Source of the DNA: a bacterium
Lineage (GTDB): Bacteria; UBA10199; 2-02-FULL-44-16; JAAZCA01
DNA: 48,771 nucleotides
NCBI GenBank assembly: GCA_041658465.1
Contig: JBBAAC010000002.1
Location: 1 to 48,771 of the forward strand
Direction: 5' to 3'
Below, piece by piece: positions 45,828 to 48,771 of this stretch (position 1 is the first letter of the stretch; each line of letters starts with the position of its first letter). A program made the translations under genes and the position numbers. The notes under the pieces were generated by a model. It made no database searches, was not told the DNA's origin, and saw only the letters and a program-made list of their open reading frames with translations.

Positions 45828-46928
45828 TTAGAGCGTACCTGGAGAGGGTTTTTGGAGCACTACAAAATCTGAGACATTGTCGTCGGTATCCAGGCCGCCA
45901 TTTCGCGAGAGGCTTTGGCCTGCGCCCGTCTTCGTGGCAGGCGTCCCTTCGAAGCATGGCTTGCCGTTCGAGGCGGGAGTGACGATTGGCGTGCCGTAAC
46001 CCATTGCGTCGAGGACCGCCTCCTTCTCATCCAATAGCTGCACGCAGTCCGGGCTGTTGTGCGGATCAAAGTTCTCTATGAGATCCGCGCCTGAGACGTT
46101 GCTCGTCCCGGGCGCCCCTGTCTTGGCATCAGCGATCAGAAATATGCCGTCGTCCGGAATCAATGTGCCGTCGGGAATGGCGACCGTCTCAGTGGCCTTG
46201 CCGTCCGCCCCGTTTATGAAGACGACCTTGTATCCAGATAAATCCCCGCCTGCATCCCCATAGAGCTCGATGAAGAGATCGCCTTCCGTGTCGCTGCCTG
46301 CAGCATCATACATGAGTTCGTTGATCACGAGCGCCTCGGGACGAGCAGGCCCGGTCGCGCTCCCGCTGCCGCCCGTGTTGCCGGCCGTCTCGCTGTCACC
46401 CCCGGCCGAATCGCCCGATGTCCCGCTTCCTGCCGCGCCGTTCTCCGCGATGCCTTCTACTGTAAAGGAGCTGGTAAAGGGTCTGGGCGACATTCCAGGC
46501 CTCTGGTTCAGGGGCAGGCCCTCCAGGCTCATGATCTTTCCCGTGGCAACGACAAGATAAGTTGCGCCAGGCTCGTACGCCTCGCCCGCGCGAAATGAGA
46601 CCGAGCCTCCGTCCGCCCTGAACTCGTAGACGCCATCGATGCCCTTTGCATCCCCATCCTCGATATCAGATGCAATCTCCTCGTGCGTCTTTCCTTCCTC
46701 AACTACCTTCATAATGGCAAGCGTCGATGAATCCACAGTGGAGGGATTGAGCGCCTTGGAAAACGCAAGCTCAACGACCGCATCGGCGGAGACCGCATCC
46801 CCTTCTGCCGGCTTCACGGAGACGACCTTCGGCTGTCCGCCGAGCAGCGAGTCGAAACCGGACAGATCGAGCGGGCCGCAACCGCTCATGGACAGGATTA
46901 TGAATATACATATGCCGACTCTTCTCAT
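45828..46928 (-). CDS. Lipoprotein with SbsA-Ig-like (Big_5) domain and C-terminal lamin-tail domain (LTD)
   Basis: Lipobox ILSMSGC. VVSVKPAEGDAVSADAVVELAFSKALNPSTVDSSTLAI is Big_5-like. After a Gly/Ser linker, LVINELMYDAAGSDTEGDLFIELYG..DLSGYKVVF..DGIFLIA shows the LTD pattern. Confidence 0.7.
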   Translation of the reverse strand: MRRVGICIFIILSMSGCGPLDLSGFDSLLGGQPKVVSVKPAEGDAVSADAVVELAFSKALNPSTVDSSTLAIMKVVEEGKTHEEIASDIEDGDAKGIDGVYEFRADGGSVSFRAGEAYEPGATYLVVATGKIMSLEGLPLNQRPGMSPRPFTSSFTVEGIAENGAAGSGTSGDSAGGDSETAGNTGGSGSATGPARPEALVINELMYDAAGSDTEGDLFIELYGDAGGDLSGYKVVFINGADGKATETVAIPDGTLIPDDGIFLIADAKTGAPGTSNVSGADLIENFDPHNSPDCVQLLDEKEAVLDAMGYGTPIVTPASNGKPCFEGTPATKTGAGQSLSRNGGLDTDDNVSDFVVLQKPSPGTL

Positions 46929-47662
46929 CGCGAGCCCTCCTTCTTAGTAATCATAGACGTTTCGCATATAGGGCCTTGAAGCTGGCCACTGAACCAGCCG
47001 CCCGTGAACGCGTCCAGTTCCGCGACAGACTCCTCGCAGACAACCCTTCTAAGGAAGAGTTCGTGCATGGCCTTGTCCTGTCGAGGATTCAATCGAACCA
47101 GCCCGGCGAGTAGCGCGAGCTCGGCCGGGGTGCTTTCTATCGCATAATATCGTTTATTTACCTCCGCGATGAGCGCGTTGCGCTCGCGAGCGATGTTGCG
47201 CGCCTCCGCGGATGCAGCGAGCACGTCGGTGTTGAATACCGCGTCGCGAAGCTCCCATATCGCACGTACGCCAAAGCTGTTGTCCGCGGTCTGGTTGCTG
47301 GAGAACGCGCCGTCTTCAGGCCCCACGACAACGCCGCTCGACCCGACATAGACATTATCGTTCACGTTTACGTTCACGTAATTGCGCAATCGACGACCGT
47401 ATTCGAGCTGCAACCGCGGGACATAAGCCGCGAGGCGCGCTCGCTTCTTCCACTTCGCGGCCTCGCCGAGGTCGATGCGCGCGTAATCGATCGCCCGCTG
47501 CTGCACCTCGATGACAGGGGGGAGCACAGGTTCGATGGGCTTATCCTTGGCCGCTGGACCGTGCACAAAGGACATGGCGACCGCAAGCGCTATCCCAATA
47601 AGATGCATGCCGGCATAATTAGCAATTTGCGTGCCAAGAAATTTCCTCGCAATTTCGCTCAT
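46925..47662 (-). CDS. Hypothetical membrane-anchored/secreted protein, weak single-repeat TolC-like similarity
   Basis: N-terminal hydrophobic segment. The helical and beta-strand pattern (PRLQLEYGRRL.., NSFGVRAIWELRD, AEARNIARERNALIAEVNKRYY) recalls half of an outer-membrane-factor repeat. Its stop overlaps the LTD gene start by 4 nt. Confidence 0.4.
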   Translation of the reverse strand: MSEIARKFLGTQIANYAGMHLIGIALAVAMSFVHGPAAKDKPIEPVLPPVIEVQQRAIDYARIDLGEAAKWKKRARLAAYVPRLQLEYGRRLRNYVNVNVNDNVYVGSSGVVVGPEDGAFSSNQTADNSFGVRAIWELRDAVFNTDVLAASAEARNIARERNALIAEVNKRYYAIESTPAELALLAGLVRLNPRQDKAMHELFLRRVVCEESVAELDAFTGGWFSGQLQGPICETSMITKKEGSR

Positions 47663-47754
47663 CCGCCCTCTTCAGCTGCAGCGAATTCGAGCAGTGAGTT
47701 ATGATTTTCGGCACCTGCGTCTCTCTGCCATCCTGAAAGGCAAAGGCTTTTTAT

Positions 47755-47770
47755 TGGCACGCATCCTGCT
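47755..47770 (+). promoter_or_regulatory. Sigma-54-like -24/-12 element
   Basis: TGGCACGCATCCTGCT compared with the consensus TGGCACG-N4-TTGCW has correct GG/GC spacing and one mismatch. The predicted start lies only 2-3 nt before the ATG at 47783, which argues against it. Confidence 0.3.
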
Positions 47771-47782
47771 GTGTATCCCCGC

Positions 47783-48771
47783 ATGCGCAGGGGCGCCTTC
47801 ATCGCATTGTCTCTCTGTCTTGCCTCATGCGGGCCAATGCCCTCGTTCAATCGCGGCGCATCCGCAGGCATTGATCGTCCCGGCTCTCTCCAGGGAGATG
47901 ACGCCGCAATCGAGCCGCTGCGCATCTTCGTCATCGACGTGGGCCAGGGTGACGCCACGCTGATACAGGCGCCCTCCGGCGAGGCGATGCTCGTAGACGC
48001 TGGTCCGGTCGGCGCAGGCATCGGCAGGGTCGTTCCCGCCCTCGCATCCAGAAAGATCGCGCAGCTCGAATACATAGTCCTCACACACTTCCACGACGAT
48101 CACACTGGCGGCCTCAGCGAAGTGCTGGCCGGCCAGGACGGCCTGTTGGGAACTGCCGACGACATCACACTTAAAGGAGAGATATATGTGCGAGGCACAC
48201 AGGAAGGCAGCTCATATGGCGATGGCGCTCCACTCGGCGCGGAGCGGGCCGCTCCTCCCGAGCGCGCCGCTCTTGCCGGCGACCGTATCGGGCTTGGCGA
48301 TTGCGATGTGGAGGTTGTGGCGGCAGATGGCGTGCTCAAAGACGGCATTGCGATCGATCTCGGAGATCCCCCGGACGAGAACGCACGCAGCATCGCTCTT
48401 TTGATATCATATAAGGGATTTCGCATGCTGATCGCGGCAGACTTAACAGGCGGGGGCAACGACCCGCCGTATCAGACGCCGGACATGGAAACTCCGCTTG
48501 CACCGCTCATCGGGGACATCGACGTGCTGCGGGTCGCTCATCACGGCAGTCACACGAGCACGAACCAGGCATTTCTCGACGCCACGAAACCGGAGGTCGC
48601 GATCATATCGGTAGGCGACGGAAACGACTTCTTCCACCCGCACACCTCGGTAATAGATCAGCTCATCGATGCTGGCGTCAGCGTGTATCAAACAGAGCGA
48701 GGATATCTCGATCGCGATGGGCCGGTCGTCGCTGACGGGGATGTAACGATCGAGGTCAAAGCAGATGGCGG
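47783..48771 (+). CDS. ComEC/Rec2-type metallo-beta-lactamase-fold lipoprotein, 3'-truncated by the window edge
   Basis: Not in the ORF track because it has no stop in the window. My hand translation gives MRRGAFIALSLCLASCGP (lipobox), IFVIDVGQGDATLIQAPSGEAMLVDAG, LTHFHDDHTGGL, LRVAHHGSHTS and AIISVGDGNDFFHPH. These are characteristic of the ComEC C-terminal MBL domain. Confidence 0.8.
   Translation, partial: MRRGAFIALSLCLASCGPMPSFNRGASAGIDRPGSLQGDDAAIEPLRIFVIDVGQGDATLIQAPSGEAMLVDAGPVGAGIGRVVPALASRKIAQLEYIVLTHFHDDHTGGLSEVLAGQDGLLGTADDITLKGEIYVRGTQEGSSYGDGAPLGAERAAPPERAALAGDRIGLGDCDVEVVAADGVLKDGIAIDLGDPPDENARSIALLISYKGFRMLIAADLTGGGNDPPYQTPDMETPLAPLIGDIDVLRVAHHGSHTSTNQAFLDATKPEVAIISVGDGNDFFHPHTSVIDQLIDAGVSVYQTERGYLDRDGPVVADGDVTIEVKADG

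Overview
A GC-rich bacterial chromosomal window of 48.8 kb, almost entirely core housekeeping genes. The gene order resembles delta-proteobacteria-like lineages, though that taxonomic reading is inference only. Order of genes: gltB (5' end cut by the window) and a nitroreductase; pyk; a small coiled-coil gene and a PIF1-type helicase with a WYL tail; rlmI, azoR, rnc, mtaB, mnmA, cysE, a B12/radical-SAM gene and tRNA-Pro; merR, ihfA, pheT, pheS, rplT, rpmI, infC, thrS and tRNA-Val; trxA; rodA, mrdA, mreD, mreC, mreB; a ppiD-like gene, cca, coaE and three lipoproteins; pnp, rpsO, truB, nrnA, rbfA, DUF503, infB, nusA, rimP. The window ends with a lamin-tail-domain lipoprotein, a half-size TolC-like protein and a divergent ComEC-type metallo-beta-lactamase lipoprotein. 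That last gene runs off the 3' edge and is missing from the ORF track. I found no CRISPR array, integrase, transposase, toxin-antitoxin pair or recognisable defence operon. The unusual content is non-coding. (1) Almost every spacer inside the co-directional operons is filled by a long imperfect hairpin built from tandem 7-nt (once 8-nt) words, and word families are shared between distant loci. (2) A 33-52 nt dispersed repeat occurs three times, once nested inside such a hairpin. (3) Three 210-335 bp long palindromes are present, two of them in a 0.9-kb gene-free gap. (4) tRNA-Pro is bracketed by a perfect 17-bp inverted repeat and preceded by a hairpin-interrupted copy of its own 5' half. Several ORF-track starts were revised, because the track translates GTG/TTG starts as M and some N-terminal extensions cross tRNAs or lack a Shine-Dalgarno sequence (SD).
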